A DNA stretch of 63,264 nt, the filler included, from Octopus bimaculoides (lineage: Eukaryota): the NCBI RefSeq assembly GCF_001194135.2. It is 5 parts of 4 records of this genome, joined end to end, with 100 filler letters (N's around TTAATTAATTAA, not from the genome) between each part and the next. Parts side by side here need not be neighbours in the genome. Positions count along the whole stretch, not along the records: positions 1 to 9,980 come from NC_068982.1; positions 10,081 to 34,246 come from NC_068982.1; 3 more parts are not named here. One strand, 5' to 3'. Position numbers and translations under genes: made by a program. The first letter of the stretch is position 1, and each line of letters begins with the position of its first letter. Below, piece after piece: positions 1 through 12,864 of the stretch. A model generated the notes under the pieces. The model searched no databases, was not told the DNA's origin, and saw nothing but the letters and a program-made list of their open reading frames with translations.

Positions 1-220
1 GTTGGCGGCGGTTGGGCAACTGTCCTTGAGGTGTGCCTCGCTGCCGCATACATAACAACGTGGCCGCCTTCCTTCCACCACTACATATAACTTGTGGTCC
101 TTTGCCAGTTGGATGTGTGTGGGGATCTTTTGGCACTCCTCTTCAGTGATGTGGAGGAGGACTTCGACTTTTTTTCCCCCTTCCCAGTTTTTCTCCTCTG
201 CAGTAGCAATTTCTAATATC
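1..220 (-). mobile_element. Tx1/L1-clade LINE ORF1 fragment with gag-like CCHC zinc knuckle, 5'-truncated at a (GATA)n tract
   Basis: Minus-strand translation LLHITEEECQKIPTHIQLAKDHKLYVVVEGRRPRCYVCGSEAHLKDSCP contains C-x2-C-x4-H-x4-C. It runs off the window start. Confidence 0.7.

Positions 221-302
<82 letters not shown>
221..302 (+). repeat. (GATA)n microsatellite
   Basis: About 20 perfect TAGA units. Confidence 0.95.
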
Positions 303-599
303 TACATATATTCGAGAAAGAATATATATACGTGTGTGTGTGTGTGTGTGTACATATATACATATAAATATATATACATGCATATATGCATATATACATA
401 TATACACACGCGCGCACACATAAAACTGGCAATAGAATATGTTATCTAAAAATGACAGTCATAACACTTTCGATCACACTTTACCGTCTCGAAATAAGCA
501 TACATTGGAAAATGTATTCCGTGGTACACTGTGCTAGAAGAAAAAGATGGGATTGTCGTGACTGGAATGTCTTTAATTACATCACCTGTGTATATCCCA

Positions 600-1160
600 T
601 ACTTGTGGATATGGAGCGTCGATTGGGTAGGAGTGAATGAGCAGGAATGTCTCACCAAGGATCTTGATTCCTATGGAACCAAGGGATAGCACGGACAGTC
701 GCATGAGCTGAACTTTGGAAAGAGAAGCCCGGTGGATCAAATTCCTGCTTCAGGCATTTTGGAACGTTCTACTGAGTTCATATAACTCGTTCTTCTAGAG
801 AAAGGTAAAGTCAACAGCTGGCCTTTGCATTCGAGGAGAGGAACCATGGAGCACATCTACTGTAGCTGTTATGAAACCCGCGAGCAACTGCTGGTCCCAT
901 GATCAGACCATGATAGACACTATCCGCTGGATTACCCATTGTAGGCCTCTCCGCCTAACGAAGAAGACTATCGGTTTTGTCATACTGTGAGTATGAAGCA
1001 AGCTGTAAGGATCAACTCCCTGGACCTGCTATCAACAGTGCAAACTGTATGCTGAAAGTCGACTTGAGAAGACAGCCGAAGTTTCCAGAATCTGTCGCCT
1101 CGACATCACTATGGATAGACAAAGTGCTGATCTCGGAAGTATCATCTCTGAGAGGATGAA
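600..1160 (+). mobile_element. HERO-like (RLE-type) non-LTR retrotransposon, decayed C-terminal fragment
   Basis: Frameshifted pieces AGMSHQGS*FLWNQGIARTVA*AELWKEKP, ARWIKFLLQAFWNVL, RRGTMEHIYCSC and LKVDLRRQPKFPESVASTSLWIDKVL follow the order of the HERO post-RT, zinc-knuckle and REL region. Confidence 0.75.
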
Positions 1161-1435
1161 AGCGAGGGAAGTAAGCGAGAGGGGGGACAAGGTGCATAAG
1201 ATAATGTAATTATACATACACCTACAAAGCTGAGATGGTTATAACTGGAATGCCTTTCATTATAGATATACTCGACCGGGATTGACCTGGGACCAAAAAC
1301 AATAATTCTATAAAATTTGCATCCTTTTTAATTTCCACTTCAAACCCCCATCATGGTCGGTTAAGTTCTCAAATTTCTAGTTCACAAAACAAATACTTGT
1401 CATATACTGAGGTCATTCATTATGTTCTTCCTTCC

Positions 1436-1484
<49 letters not shown>

Positions 1485-1539
1485 AACAAATATACACTTG
1501 TGTTCTGGGTCAATGTTATAATTTATTATTATACTTGTT

Positions 1540-1910
1540 GGTAGAGTGGTAAATTGGCAGAACATTTGGGGAAAAAATGCCTTGCAGTAATTATTCCTGC
1601 TATTTGAGTTCTGAGTTCAAATCCCGTCGGAATCAACTTTACCTTTTATCCTTCTGGGGTCGATAGAATAGTATCACTCAAATAACTTCCTCCTCACAAA
1701 ACTATATGACTTTGTACCTTAACTAGAAATTAAGAGTGATAGGTTTGCGCAGTAGTTAGAATATCGATAAAACACCTTGCGTGTTTTTCTTTACGTTCTG
1801 AGTTCAAACCTAGTTGGAGTCATCCTTGCCTTTCATCCTTCCAAGATTTATTAAATCAAGTAGTAGGTTGATTTAATTGTATATCCCTTTCGCCAAATTT
1901 CTGGATTTGT
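1540..1910 (+). mobile_element. Two decayed copies of tRNA-derived SINE family A
   Basis: B-box-like GAGTTCAAATCCC followed by the family core CAACTTT(A/G)CCTTT(T/C)ATCCTT, seen twice. Confidence 0.6.
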
Positions 1911-2689
1911 AATTTGCATCAGAAACAATTGTTCTAAATGTTATTGTTTTTTTTTGTTTTGTTTTTTTGCTGTAGGTCAGCTCTGATCCATCACACTTAT
2001 GCTCTGAGATATTCCAGTCATGACCGAATCCCTTTTTTTTTTCTCTTTATCTAGGACTATATTACCCAATGTGTAGGGTCTGACGTAAGGAAAAATTCAT
2101 TGCTATTTCTAGTAGGTCAAGAAACTTCCTAGAATCCCTGCATTCATTCAGCTCCGTGTTATATATACTGTTGTTATTTGTTCTTAGATCAATCTTGATC
2201 CAGTAGATTGAAGGGCGTTCCAGGTGCGAAGGTGGTTCCAGGTCGTCCAGTTTTTCATTCAGATACAGGCCATTTAGGATAACATTGCCCATTATCTCCT
2301 TTATTTGACCACTTTTTCTATCTGTATGTATGTATGTATGTATGTATGTATGTATGTATGTGCATGTACTTACATTTACCTACATGCATGGAAAAGATAG
2401 TAGCTTGCAAAGCAAGGAACAATGCAACGCTGTCTTGCTGTGTCGTGTAATTTTAGATTCTCGGTTGTAATCCCTCCGCCATCGTCTTCGTGTACGCTAT
2501 TTAGTTACAAACCTTCACGATCTGAGAACAAATCCAGGTGAAATAAACTTTGCTTTTCCTCTTTCTGATGTCGATAAAATAGTACCAGTTAAGTACAAGG
2601 ATCGATTTAATCGGCTACATTCTCCTCTAAATTCATGATCTTGCTCTTAATTTAGAAATTAATATTTTGCATAGATAGTGAGGTATGTG

Positions 2690-3346
2690 TTGAGGGTAGA
2701 GACAAACGTTACCTATATCATGATGATTCACGCCAGGTATCAAAACACCGTCATGATGACTGTTGCTCAATGTTCTGTGAACACTGTAAAGGTTGTAAGA
2801 CGTGACATGAACATCATGAAAATCACATCCTTGAACAGGGCCTTAGGTTCAATTCAGACGACTATGTGCAGCAGATGGTGACTATGGTAAAACCCTGACT
2901 GGAGAGGGTTGCTGCTGGAGGGTCATATAAGAGGCAGCTGGATTCGGTTCCTTACTATACCTCCGGAAAGAGTCAGAAGTGGTTGTCGGAGAATTTCTAT
3001 GACTTTCCCAACCCCAATATCTGGACGCCTAATTGCCCCGATTGTAATTCCATGGATAACTGTGTGTGGGTCGCAGTTGAGAAGAACATGGCCGAGCTGG
3101 TAACTAAAATCAAGGAGGTATTCGAAGATCTCCTCAGGGACAGAGTGAGGAATACATGCACCAGGTTCCGAAGCTGTCTTGAGGCCATGGTGAAAGCTGA
3201 GGACGGATACTTTGAGTAAACTGTTTTTCACAGCCATAATTTAGTCGATATTTTTTTTTACTGTTTTTAATACTTTTATTTTGAGATGGGATATTGTTTT
3301 CTTTTGCTTTTATGCAAACTGTTACATTTAGCTCGGACACCCTATA
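2690..3346 (+). mobile_element. Internally deleted Tc1/mariner-superfamily transposon, maT (DD37D)-like
   Basis: QKWLSENFYDFPNPNIWTPNCPDCNSMDNCVW resembles the WPPxSPDLNPLDY catalytic region and the frame ends in DGYFE*. The 3' end TTAGCTCGGACACCCTATA resembles a CAGGGTGT-type TIR plus TA. Confidence 0.75.
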
Positions 3347-3834
3347 CATACATACATACATACATACATACATACATACATACATACATACATACATACA
3401 TACATGAAGGTTGCCAACTCGATTTCGAGTAGAGCCATTGCCTGACTCCTTTATGCCCTAGAATATCATCGATACTGCATGAATATAATCCTTAGAACAT
3501 CCGACATGCAGTAATAAATCGGTAGCCCATAATATATTTACTGCACTAGTACTCATACCAACATTGGTAAACTTGATTGCAAGCTGGGTGAGAGAAATTA
3601 AAGAAAGGCAAAAACTTAAGAATTAAAAAAAGACAAAACAACAAAATGCTGTTATCGTGTTTGAAAAATGGAGGGAAAATATCACTGATCAACGGAGAAG
3701 TAGCTGCTACATGACAATTTTTATCTGATACAAGCAGACAAATAACTACACTCACGACCAACAAAGAGTGAATGACAAAATGTAAACAATGTTTGGAGAT
3801 AGTAAAAAAATAATACTGTAATACAAATTAAATA

Positions 3835-4370
3835 TCCTCCTCAAACAGGAGTTAAAAGATGTCAGCGAATATCTCCGACATCAGAAGAGAGTAAATGAAA
3901 AGAAAAATAATCAACAAGAATTTTATCGAAACCAATCAGCAATTTATAGAGATATAAGGATACAATCAATAAATTATCTTGAAGATACAGATTCATTCAG
4001 GAGAAAAATCTGGAGTGAGGCAACAAAGTTTAATCAAAGTAAAGAATGGATCCAAGAAATCCTAACCAATAATTGTTTCTGCATTAAGCTAAAATCATAC
4101 AGCATCAGTGGTTAAACCTTTGAGACTAGTTTTAAAATGTTTGCATATGAAAACTTCAGGAAAGGGTTTAATTGCGGGAAGCTGGTGCAAAATCTATCCT
4201 TTTATCGACGCTATCTAATTATCCGTTATCAGAAAACTCTCAATGGAAACCAAACATATCAAGTTGGTAAAACGGATAACCAAAAATAATATCACTCATA
4301 TGGCGAAAAAAAATACCGACCAATTGCATGCCAAAATCTCGTAAATAAAATATTCGAACTGTTTGAACCT
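3835..4370 (+). mobile_element. R4/Dong-like LINE fragment (pre-RT and RT N-terminus), highly decayed
   Basis: LKQELKDVSEYLRHQKRVNERKIINKNF and a downstream YRPIACQNLVNKIF segment resemble R4 RT domains 0-1. Confidence 0.6.
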
Positions 4371-5357
4371 GTCCTTCTGAGATCACTGTGATAGCAAAGT
4401 TGAACCCAGCGGAATTTCAGCTCAGACAGTTAAGACCAGAAAATGTGACACCTATAGCTCTTTTCAGAGAGTCTTTGGCTGATTGGAGGAAGCAAAAAAA
4501 TTCTCCTCAGTCCACCGGAGATCTGGCCTGAATTCAGCAGAGTGAGTTCCGTTAAAAGCAGCCAAGAATCAAGTGGTTGTTTTATAGTGGGCGATGGATT
4601 AACACTACTTTTCACCCAAAAGAAACAACAGGTCACTTCGATGAGCTTCTACACAGGTTTTGCCAAATAATTTCACTTAAAATGGTTCTCTGGTTATATA
4701 TTAGCATGCATATAAAATCATTTCTGAATTACCGCTGAAATAGTTACTGAAGAATACCTTAGACCAACTGAAATTATCCGTGTAATTAGTAGACAAAAAT
4801 CCCTTTAGTGGTACTTAAATCTACTGAAAGATCTATAGATCAGTTGATCAAAATTTTAAAATCATTTAGCAACGGACATGTTTCAGTTTTAGTAAACCTC
4901 CTCAACAAAGCATATTCTATTCTGTTGATAAGGCCAACAGTGATCAATATGTACACACGCATACATTTATACATTCACCAAGCCATCCATATGTATGTGC
5001 GTGTGTGTGTGTGTGTGTGTGTGTATACACATAAATATGTGTGTATATATATATATATGAGGAGAAAGAGGGACATACAGACAAACAGAGAAACAATTAG
5101 ATAGCGTGTAATAACGTTAATTATGAATCACAACAATATAGCTCAGGGAAAATACCTCAGCTAAGAATTCTGTATACAACACACAAGTACGGAAGAGTGT
5201 CACATATGCAATACAGTGAGTTGAAAATTTTGCTCACCTGACGTTATTCTAGGAACTACAAAGAGCAAACCTTCTATAGGGTTACTTACAAGTTTTAATG
5301 ATAGTCTAGGAAGATAACTTTATTAAAGTCCCTTCACTGAAATTTATTTATGATATA

Positions 5358-6647
5358 TAAGCGTCGGCAGAACAGTTCATAGGCTGACCAAGATACTCTC
5401 GTGGAATGTAACCAAATGAGGTTTATTTTTCAACATGGTTCCCCTTGCGGTCCACACACTTCTTCCATCGGTGTTGCAGTGCTTGGATTTCATTGGTGAA
5501 GAAGCTTTTATCCTGTTTGTAAAAAAAGTCAACAGCAGATATGACGTCATCATCACTGCGATACTGGTTCCCAGCCAAGTGTTTTTTCATGATGAGGAAC
5601 AGATGATAGTCAGATGGGGGCCAAATCAGGAGAATAAGGAGGCTGATCAACTAGTTCAAATCCACAGTCAGACACAGCAGCCATTGAAAGCAGGAAGCAT
5701 TGTGCTGGAGCATTGTTCTGGTGAAACAAGACCACTTTCGTCGGTCTTCCTGAGTATTGATAGCTTTTTGTAACAGCCTCAGTAAGTTGGCATAGTACTT
5801 TCCTTTGACGGAGCGGTTTTTTTTAAGATAATCAATAAACACAAAGCCTTTTAGCATCCTCAAAAAATTGAGGCCATCACCTTCCCTGCAGATGAAACAA
5901 CCTTGGCTTTCTTTGAAGCAGGTAAGAAGGGGTGTTTCCACTGCATGGATCGTCTCTTTGTCTCTAGCTCAAAGTGATGAAGCCAACACTCATCCCGGGT
6001 TAGGAAACGTTTAAGGAAACCAGTTGGATCCGCCTCAAACAAAACCAGATTTTCCCGTGATAGGATCAGCCTGTTGTGCTTTTGATCAGGTATCAGAAGA
6101 CGTGGCACCCACCGAGCACAAACCTTTGTCATGCCAAGACTATTGTGCGGAATATTCTCAACTCTCTCACGCACGAGATATACTAATGGCATTGGCTATT
6201 TGATTTATAGTTAATCGCCTGTCGTCCATCACCATGTGGTGAACATGATTAATGTTTTCCTCGGTTGTGACAGTTTCAGGACGTCCACACCTTGGGCCAT
6301 CTTCAAGACTCTTTGTTCCCCTCCTAGGTTCAACTGCCCCTTTTGCAATGCTGATAAAGTCGGAGCGTCATTCCCTAATGTAGCAACCATGTCAACATGA
6401 ATGTTCTTGTGGGATAAATACTTTACTTGCAGGTACTTGATAACTCTACGATGCCAATTTTTGTTCATTTCCAAGAGAAGTCGTTACTAGTTACTTTTAA
6501 AGTTTTCTCTGAATAGTCAGATGTCAGTTTACCTGAAAAGAAACAAAGTTATTAATAAGAAGAGTTGAAATAAATGCATCCAAAATTTCACCGCTGCAGC
6601 ATCATTTCTTCATAGTCAGCCTATGATCTTTTCAGCCCACCCTCGTA
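5358..6647 (-). mobile_element. Full-length (~1.29 kb) decayed mariner transposon (DD34D type)
   Basis: WVPRLL and a YSPDL-equivalent (PPSDYHLF) motif, plus the catalytic region TRDECWLHHFE. Imperfect TIRs (AGTTCATAGGCTGAC / GTCAGCCTATGATCT) with TA at both ends; several frameshifts. Confidence 0.92.
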
Positions 6648-7057
6648 CAATGTAGATTGTAATGGTTCGTTTTTATAAATTTGAGTGGTAAAAAAAAATG
6701 GCAATGTTTCTGTCTTATCATACCTCCTTAGCAAAGGAGGCAAAAAAATTACTCCGTGGGTGCTCAAAATCTAAAACAACAATTATATAACGAGAGTTAA
6801 ACATGAGATTTATTTTGGTAAGAAAGTACATCATCTAATTTAGTCCAGAATTACCTATAGTCGGAAACATTCCCATGGGCCTTTCTTTTCTTAGAATGAC
6901 AAATAAGTGGAAGGAATATATTACCAGTCAATATCCGTCAGCAACCAGACCAATTCAGAGAAAGTAATTAACATAAAGGTAGGCAGTGCACTGGCATTTT
7001 CACAATGATATTGACATTTGTCAGTTTCCTTTTAGGCGTCTCCTCCTCCACATTCAC

Positions 7058-7100
<43 letters not shown>

Positions 7101-7619
7101 ACTCTCTCTCTCTCTCTCTCTCTCTCTTTCCGTTTCTCAACTCTCTCTACTTTTCGCTAACTTTTATCTATCAAGCAAGGAATATATATATATATATATA
7201 AGTGTGTGTGTGTGTGTGAGTATATGTGTATGTATGTGTGTATGCATGTATGTGTGCCTGTTACTAAGGTAATTGAACAATTCGTTGCCTTACAGTGAAC
7301 AGTGCTTTCATTCCAGCTGGGAATCCTCGGACTAATATAATAATTAGAGAGTTTGAGACATTGTATAGTAATTCAGTAATGTTGTGTGATGTTTACGTTT
7401 TCCTTCTTTTTTTTCTTCTGACTTATTTTTTGCATACTTCGTTTTGTATCTGATAGAGGACTTTTTAATTTATTTTTTGATATGGTATGAAGAATTTTAA
7501 GTGTTTAATTTGTTTCTGTTTGGGGCAGGAATAGTTTTTTTTGTGTGTGTGTACGTGTGAATGTGTCTGTAACCATCCAAATCCAAATCCTGACTTGCCA
7601 AATGCTTTTCTGTCAACTA

Positions 7620-8390
7620 ACAACTTACAAAATTTGTTAAGACATTTTTACAGTTTGGTCATGAACTTTACACACATCAACAAACTGAACAAATTTCAGA
7701 GAGAACTAAAAATCAAAATAACTTCAGACAAAAGAACATGTACGAAATACATTCGACCACACACCCCAAACTTCATAGTGAACACATGTACAAGAATGCA
7801 ACTCGAATCACACTGAGGGAAATTGACACCGAAGCAGCCATGATAGTCATAAGTTTGAATATAGAAGACAGAGTTGATCTGTTAGTTCTAACACACCAAC
7901 AAATACATATAAAGATCACAAGACTAACATCAGAACTAACACGTCTACAGTACTTTTTAACCCAGAAAAAACCCTGCCTGAGTAAGATCAATAACGCAAT
8001 TTTGAACAACATTCATACGGTTAAAAAGTGACACTTGGCTAACATTACGGAAAGATACAGACGCAGTCATCAAAAGGCTCAGATCAATAAAACGAAAAAA
8101 AAATAGCCTTTCATTTGCCCAATTCAACGTCAACAACTATTACCTGTCGATTTCAAAGGAACACTTCATAGAAGCAGTTCCCAATGCTAATACCCAGATT
8201 TCCAAGTATGATTATATGTATCATTTTACACACCAGAAAAATTTTATCTTCCGCACAACGGAAATTCATGGATTGAGAAAAACTCCATCGTGCTATTTGA
8301 TGTTGTGTGGAATCATGTACAGTAGAAATGAGTGTTTTGGTTGGCCTATTTTTATCGCATATAAATGCTAAATAATGTTTAAAAAAATTC
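7620..8390 (+). mobile_element. Penelope-like element, RT N-terminal part, decayed
   Basis: Frameshifted MYEI...LNIEDRVDLL, DTDAVIKRLRSI...SFAQFNVNNYYLSIS and IILHTRK...HNGNSWIEKNSIVLFDV. Same RT type as the element at 23420-25110. Confidence 0.75.
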
Positions 8391-9839
8391 AATGCCTCAG
8401 TGACCTGTTCCTCAAAATTTAAATGTTGATGAGGTTAAAAAGCCATTAAACAGTTGTTCTATGGTAAGGCACCGGCTAAGATGGAATACCTTCGGAGATT
8501 TACATACTTGGTCCATATAAATTGTTGAAAAGCATATTAAACTTTTATATGTATTTTGGAATTGTGATACAGTCCTCTATCAATATAAGGATACAATTAC
8601 TGTTCATCAATATGAACATAAAGACAAAATAGCACGATTACACGATGATTATCGCTCACATTCTTTTCAAACAACTGCTGAAAAAATCCTTCCTCGCTTC
8701 ATTTGAGGGTTAATGCACATCTTGTTCATATTTTCACTCTTCTAGTCTTTAGTTTAGATTTTAATTCTTCTAGTCTTTGGTTATTGCTTTCGATCTGGAC
8801 TTAGGAAAGCTGATACGATTCTTTTATTCATGTAAATTCAAAAGAAAACTCAAAAACATGGGTGGGTGCGTGTATATGTGTGCATGAGTGTGTGAACGTG
8901 CATGTGTGTGTATGTATATGTGTGCTTGTATTTATATATTGTACATATATATATATATTTATATATATAATTATATGTATTTATTCTATCCTAATAAATA
9001 ATAATTCTGATAGAATAAATGGGTTAATAGAAACCAAGGTAGCAAAGATCACAAAATAACTGTGGTGTAATTCCTGTTGGTGAGGCAGAAACTCCTTGAT
9101 ATTTTGGGTATTTGAGTATATTTAAAAATTTAAGGAATGGAGAAAACGCATGTTATAACTGCATACTTTATTCCGACATATGTTTCGAAGAATTACAATT
9201 TATGCGATCCATAGGNNNNNNNNNNNNNATGTGTGCATGAGTGTGTGAACGTGCATGTGTGTGTATGTATATGTGTGCTTGTATTTATATATTGTACATA
9301 TATATATATATTTATATATATAATTATATGTATTTATTCTATCCGCTGGCTGGCTGGGGTACGTCATTTTCAAGGAGCATACTAGAATCTGCCAAACATC
9401 TCTTTATAAACAGCTTTCAAATCTCCTTCTGACGTGTTGAAAAACCAGTTTCACTACAAAGATAAAATTAAAGAAGAGGTGAGACTATTGGAAAGTATTC
9501 CTCAATTTTGGGAGTAATTATCACTTAATTGTCAAACTAAGCGCAGGAAGCGCTTTCGCAAAGCTCGTAGTTTCGAGAAAAGATGAGTACAACAATACAC
9601 TCCATTCTACAGTAAAGGTTCCTTCTGTATAACCTGTTGCAGATAAACATGTGAACGAAATCTGCCAACTCTGCCGCAAGATCATGGTTGATCTTGCTAT
9701 TCGTCGCAATTTTATTATGTTTTATCAAATTTTTATCAATTCTATTTTTATTTAGCATTTATCAGTTTTTTACTAACTATATTTTACCCATCTTGCTGAT
9801 CTATCATAAATCATTCTTTAAGGGGGAGTTCATCAAACA

Positions 9840-9879
<40 letters not shown>

Positions 9880-9980
9880 AACACGACACACACATATACA
9901 TACATATTTGTGCATATAAATAATGTGCGTGTGTATGTCTGTGTAAATGATATATACGCATATATATATATATATATATA

Positions 9981-10080
9981 NNNNNNNNNNNNNNNNNNNN
10001 NNNNNNNNNNNNNNNNNNNNNNNNTTAATTAATTAANNNNNNNNNNNNNNNNNNNNNNNNNNNNNNNNNNNNNNNNNNNN
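9981..10080. other. Artificial scaffold/contig spacer N44-TTAATTAATTAA-N44
   Basis: Exactly 100 bp, repeated identically four times in the window; the 12-mer has stop codons in all six frames. Confidence 0.95.
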
Positions 10081-10174
10081 ATAGAAAGAACGATAGATAT
10101 ATGGATAGAAAGAACGATAGATATATGGATAGAAAGAACGATAGATATATGGATAGATAGAACAATAGATATAT
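10081..10174 (+). repeat. 24-bp minisatellite GATAGATAGAACGATAGATATATG, block 1 (~4 units, cut by gap)
   Basis: Directly visible; gives the 8-residue periodicity (IWIDRTID / SIHISIVL) in the ORF track. Confidence 0.95.
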
Positions 10175-10470
10175 TCAAGGTGGCTCCGTCATTCACACGT
10201 GCCATCCTTGCTACATTCACCCATCTTTTTTTGAAGCATTCACTACACAAGACTTCCAAGTGCCGAGCCGCAAGCCCAATGACTTATCCCGGTTGATTTT
10301 TGATCCCGTTACCGCTTCGTAGTCTTTCAGTGTCTCGCCAACAAGCTAGATGTGCTTTTGGCTAGATACTATGACGGTGACGTCGTCCGCGTATGCCGAC
10401 ACGCTCGTCCCGCATCCCAACTCTCGCGGGATGCCCCTCGGCGTCGCCAGCTTCCGCAGTTGTCGCTCGA
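10175..10470 (-). mobile_element. 296-bp chimeric Tx1-like ORF2 piece (RT core fused to C-terminus)
   Basis: 10258-10470 translates to SAYADDVTVIVSS...YEAVTGSKINRDKSLGLRLGT (RT YADD). 10175-10257 nearly duplicates 11065-11147 (ORF2 C-terminus). Confidence 0.85.
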
Positions 10471-10682
10471 GAACGATAGATATATGGGTAGATAGAACCA
10501 TAGGTATATGGATAGATAGAACGATAGATATATGGATAGATAGAACAACATATATATGGATAGATAGGACGATAGATATATGGATAGATAGGACGATAGG
10601 TATATGGATAGTTAGAACGATATATATATGGATAGATAGAACGATAGATATATGGATAGATAGAACGACAGATATATAAATA
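10471..10682 (+). repeat. 24-bp minisatellite block 2 (~8.5 units)
   Basis: Directly visible tandem units with point variants. Confidence 0.95.
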
Positions 10683-12864
10683 CATTTCTTTTATTAGCCA
10701 CACAGGGCTCAACAATGATGGCACAAATACAATATAGAGCTTTTATTTTGGGGAGGGTGAAGGAAAAAAAAAAGTAGGGGTGTGTTGATCAAAAGGGATC
10801 GTAGGAAGGGGAAAATGGGGGAGTTCGATCAAAAGGGATCGAGGAAAAAAAAAAGCGATTAATAGGGATCGTGTATCACAGTAATGTTCTCGTGTAAAAA
10901 GAGTGGAGGACAGTTTAGGTTTAGCCGTGGAAAGAAAAGCCTACGGAAAACACCACGGTAACCTTGGTCAATATTGTCATTGAAGAAACTATAACAGTAA
11001 GTGTCTCTCTTTTGCCTTTTTGTTTTTTTTTCTGGATTTTTTTTTCTAGTTCATAAGGTTATGCTCAAGGTGGCTCCGTCATTCACACGTGCCATCCTTG
11101 CTACATTCACCCTTCTTTTTTTGAAGCATTCACTAGACAAGACTTCCCTTTCTACTCTCACCTTCCTCTTCAGGTGATACTTGAAGAAGTTGATGAGAGA
11201 TTGCCCAGAAAGGAAAGTCTTTGTCTCTAGACCTTTCAGACGTGTCCACCATACACATTCTTTCGCCATAGCCATAAGTACGATGAAAATAGCTCTTCCG
11301 TCCCGTTTAAAGGAAGGAGGCGCGACAATATTCACGATAGTTGTTCGANNNNNNNNNNNNNNNNNNNNNNNNNNNNNNNNNNNNNNNNNNNNNNNNNNNN
11401 NNNNNNNNNNNNNNNNNNNNNNNNNNNNNNNNNNNNNNNNNNNNNNNNNNNNNNNNNNNNNNNNNNNNNNNNNNNNNNNNNNNNNNNNNNNNNNNNNNNN
11501 NNNNNNNNNNNNNNNNNNNNNNNNNNNNNNNNNNNNNNNNNNNNNNNNNNNNNNNNNNNNNNNNNNNNNNNNNNNNNNNNNNNNNNNNNNNNNNNNNNNN
11601 NNNNNNNNNNNNNNNNNNNNNNNNNNNNNNNNNNNNNNNNNNNNNNNNNNNNNNNNNNNNNNNNNNNNNNNNNNNNNNNNNNNNNNNNNNNNNNNNNNNN
11701 NNNNNNNNNNNNNNNNNNNNNNNNNNNNNNNNNNNNNNNNNNNNNNNNNNNNNNNNNNNNNNNNNNNNNNNNNNNNNNNNNNNNNNNNNNNNNNNNNNNN
11801 NNNNNNNNNNNNNNNNNNNNNNNNNNNNNNNNNNNNNNNNNNNNNNNNNNNNNNNNNNNNNNNNNNNNNNNNNNNNNNNNNNNNNNNNNNNNNNNNNNNN
11901 NNNNNNNNNNNNNNNNNNNNCGTGGCAGGCTGTGCAGGTAGGCACTGAAGTCCACCCTGATTTCTCGCTCGCCACTCGTCCCAAACAGTCGAGTAAAGTG
12001 CCGCTGATAGCCTCACACATTTGCTTGGCTCGAGCAGTTCGCGCCCCTGTTCGTCCACCAGAGACCGAATGGTGGCTCTGTTGCCTTGTTGCGCCTCCGC
12101 CACCCGGGCCCCTCGCGCGGCTCCAACACCTTCGTTCCTTAGAGCACGCATCCTAGCCCTGACAACGCACCCTTCGTGTTTGGCGTTGAAGTGTTGGTCT
12201 AGGGCCAACCTCGCTGCCAAAACCTCGGATGCGATGCCACTTCTAATCGCCTCTTCTTGTTGCTTAACTAGCTCACCCTCTACTCTGTTTCTATCTATGG
12301 CTAGTGCTTTCCTATACCTAACCGCTTCTGCTTTTATTGCTCTCTTGAGGGCAAACCACCCTTTGTTATTGATGATGGCTCCCGTCAGAGCACTCTTTAC
12401 TAACGTGCTAATCCGGTCTCTGAAAACCTGTCTCGATGGGAAAGATGCGTTTAGTTTCCAGTAACCGGGGCCCTGCTTATGTGTCTTATCTAAGTCTAGC
12501 GTACACGTCACAAGTTTTGATCCGTGTAGCTGACTATGTGAAATTGTGGACACCCTATGCTATCTCTATCTACTCTCCTACACAGTACTCTATCTAGATA
12601 CGATCTCGACGACCCGATGCGGTTGCTCCATGTCCACGTTGGCGCATTCGGGTGGTCGAGTCGGTACCTGTCAGACAGTTGAAAGCGTCTGAGCAGGTCT
12701 TTGATTCATTTGCATCCCCGTCTATTCCTATCTCTGCCCATGTAGTCTAGATGCGTGTCCAAGGTAACATTCCAATCCCCCACTAAAAGTAAAGGACGAG
12801 ACGTTCCTAGGAATACTTCTAGACGTCGAAAGAAATCCGGCCTACCTGTTAAAGGTGGTGCGTA
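10683..12864 (-). mobile_element. 5'-truncated Tx1/L1-clade LINE (APE endonuclease, linker, gap, C-terminus, 3' UTR)
   Basis: VYAP, GDWN and SRSYLDRVL endonuclease motifs, GPGYWKLNAS linker, ORF2 stop at 11051 and AATAAA on the minus strand near 10690. 19-bp TSD (10664-10682 vs 12865-12883, 18/19 identical). The RT core is absent or lies within the N gap at 11349-11920. Confidence 0.9.

Noticed and set aside
2062-2292. ORF with faint resemblance to a CR1 endonuclease (SRKFLDLLE)
   Set aside because: That part overlaps an abundant non-coding dispersed repeat also seen near 17190-17345 and 21670-21960. No catalytic motif is present.
9345-9830. Short ORFs near 9521-9758
   Set aside because: No recognisable motif in any frame; left unannotated.
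10025-10036. TTAATTAATTAA motif recurring four times
   Set aside because: It is always centred in exactly 44+44 Ns, so it is an artificial spacer. No linkage across these points was assumed.
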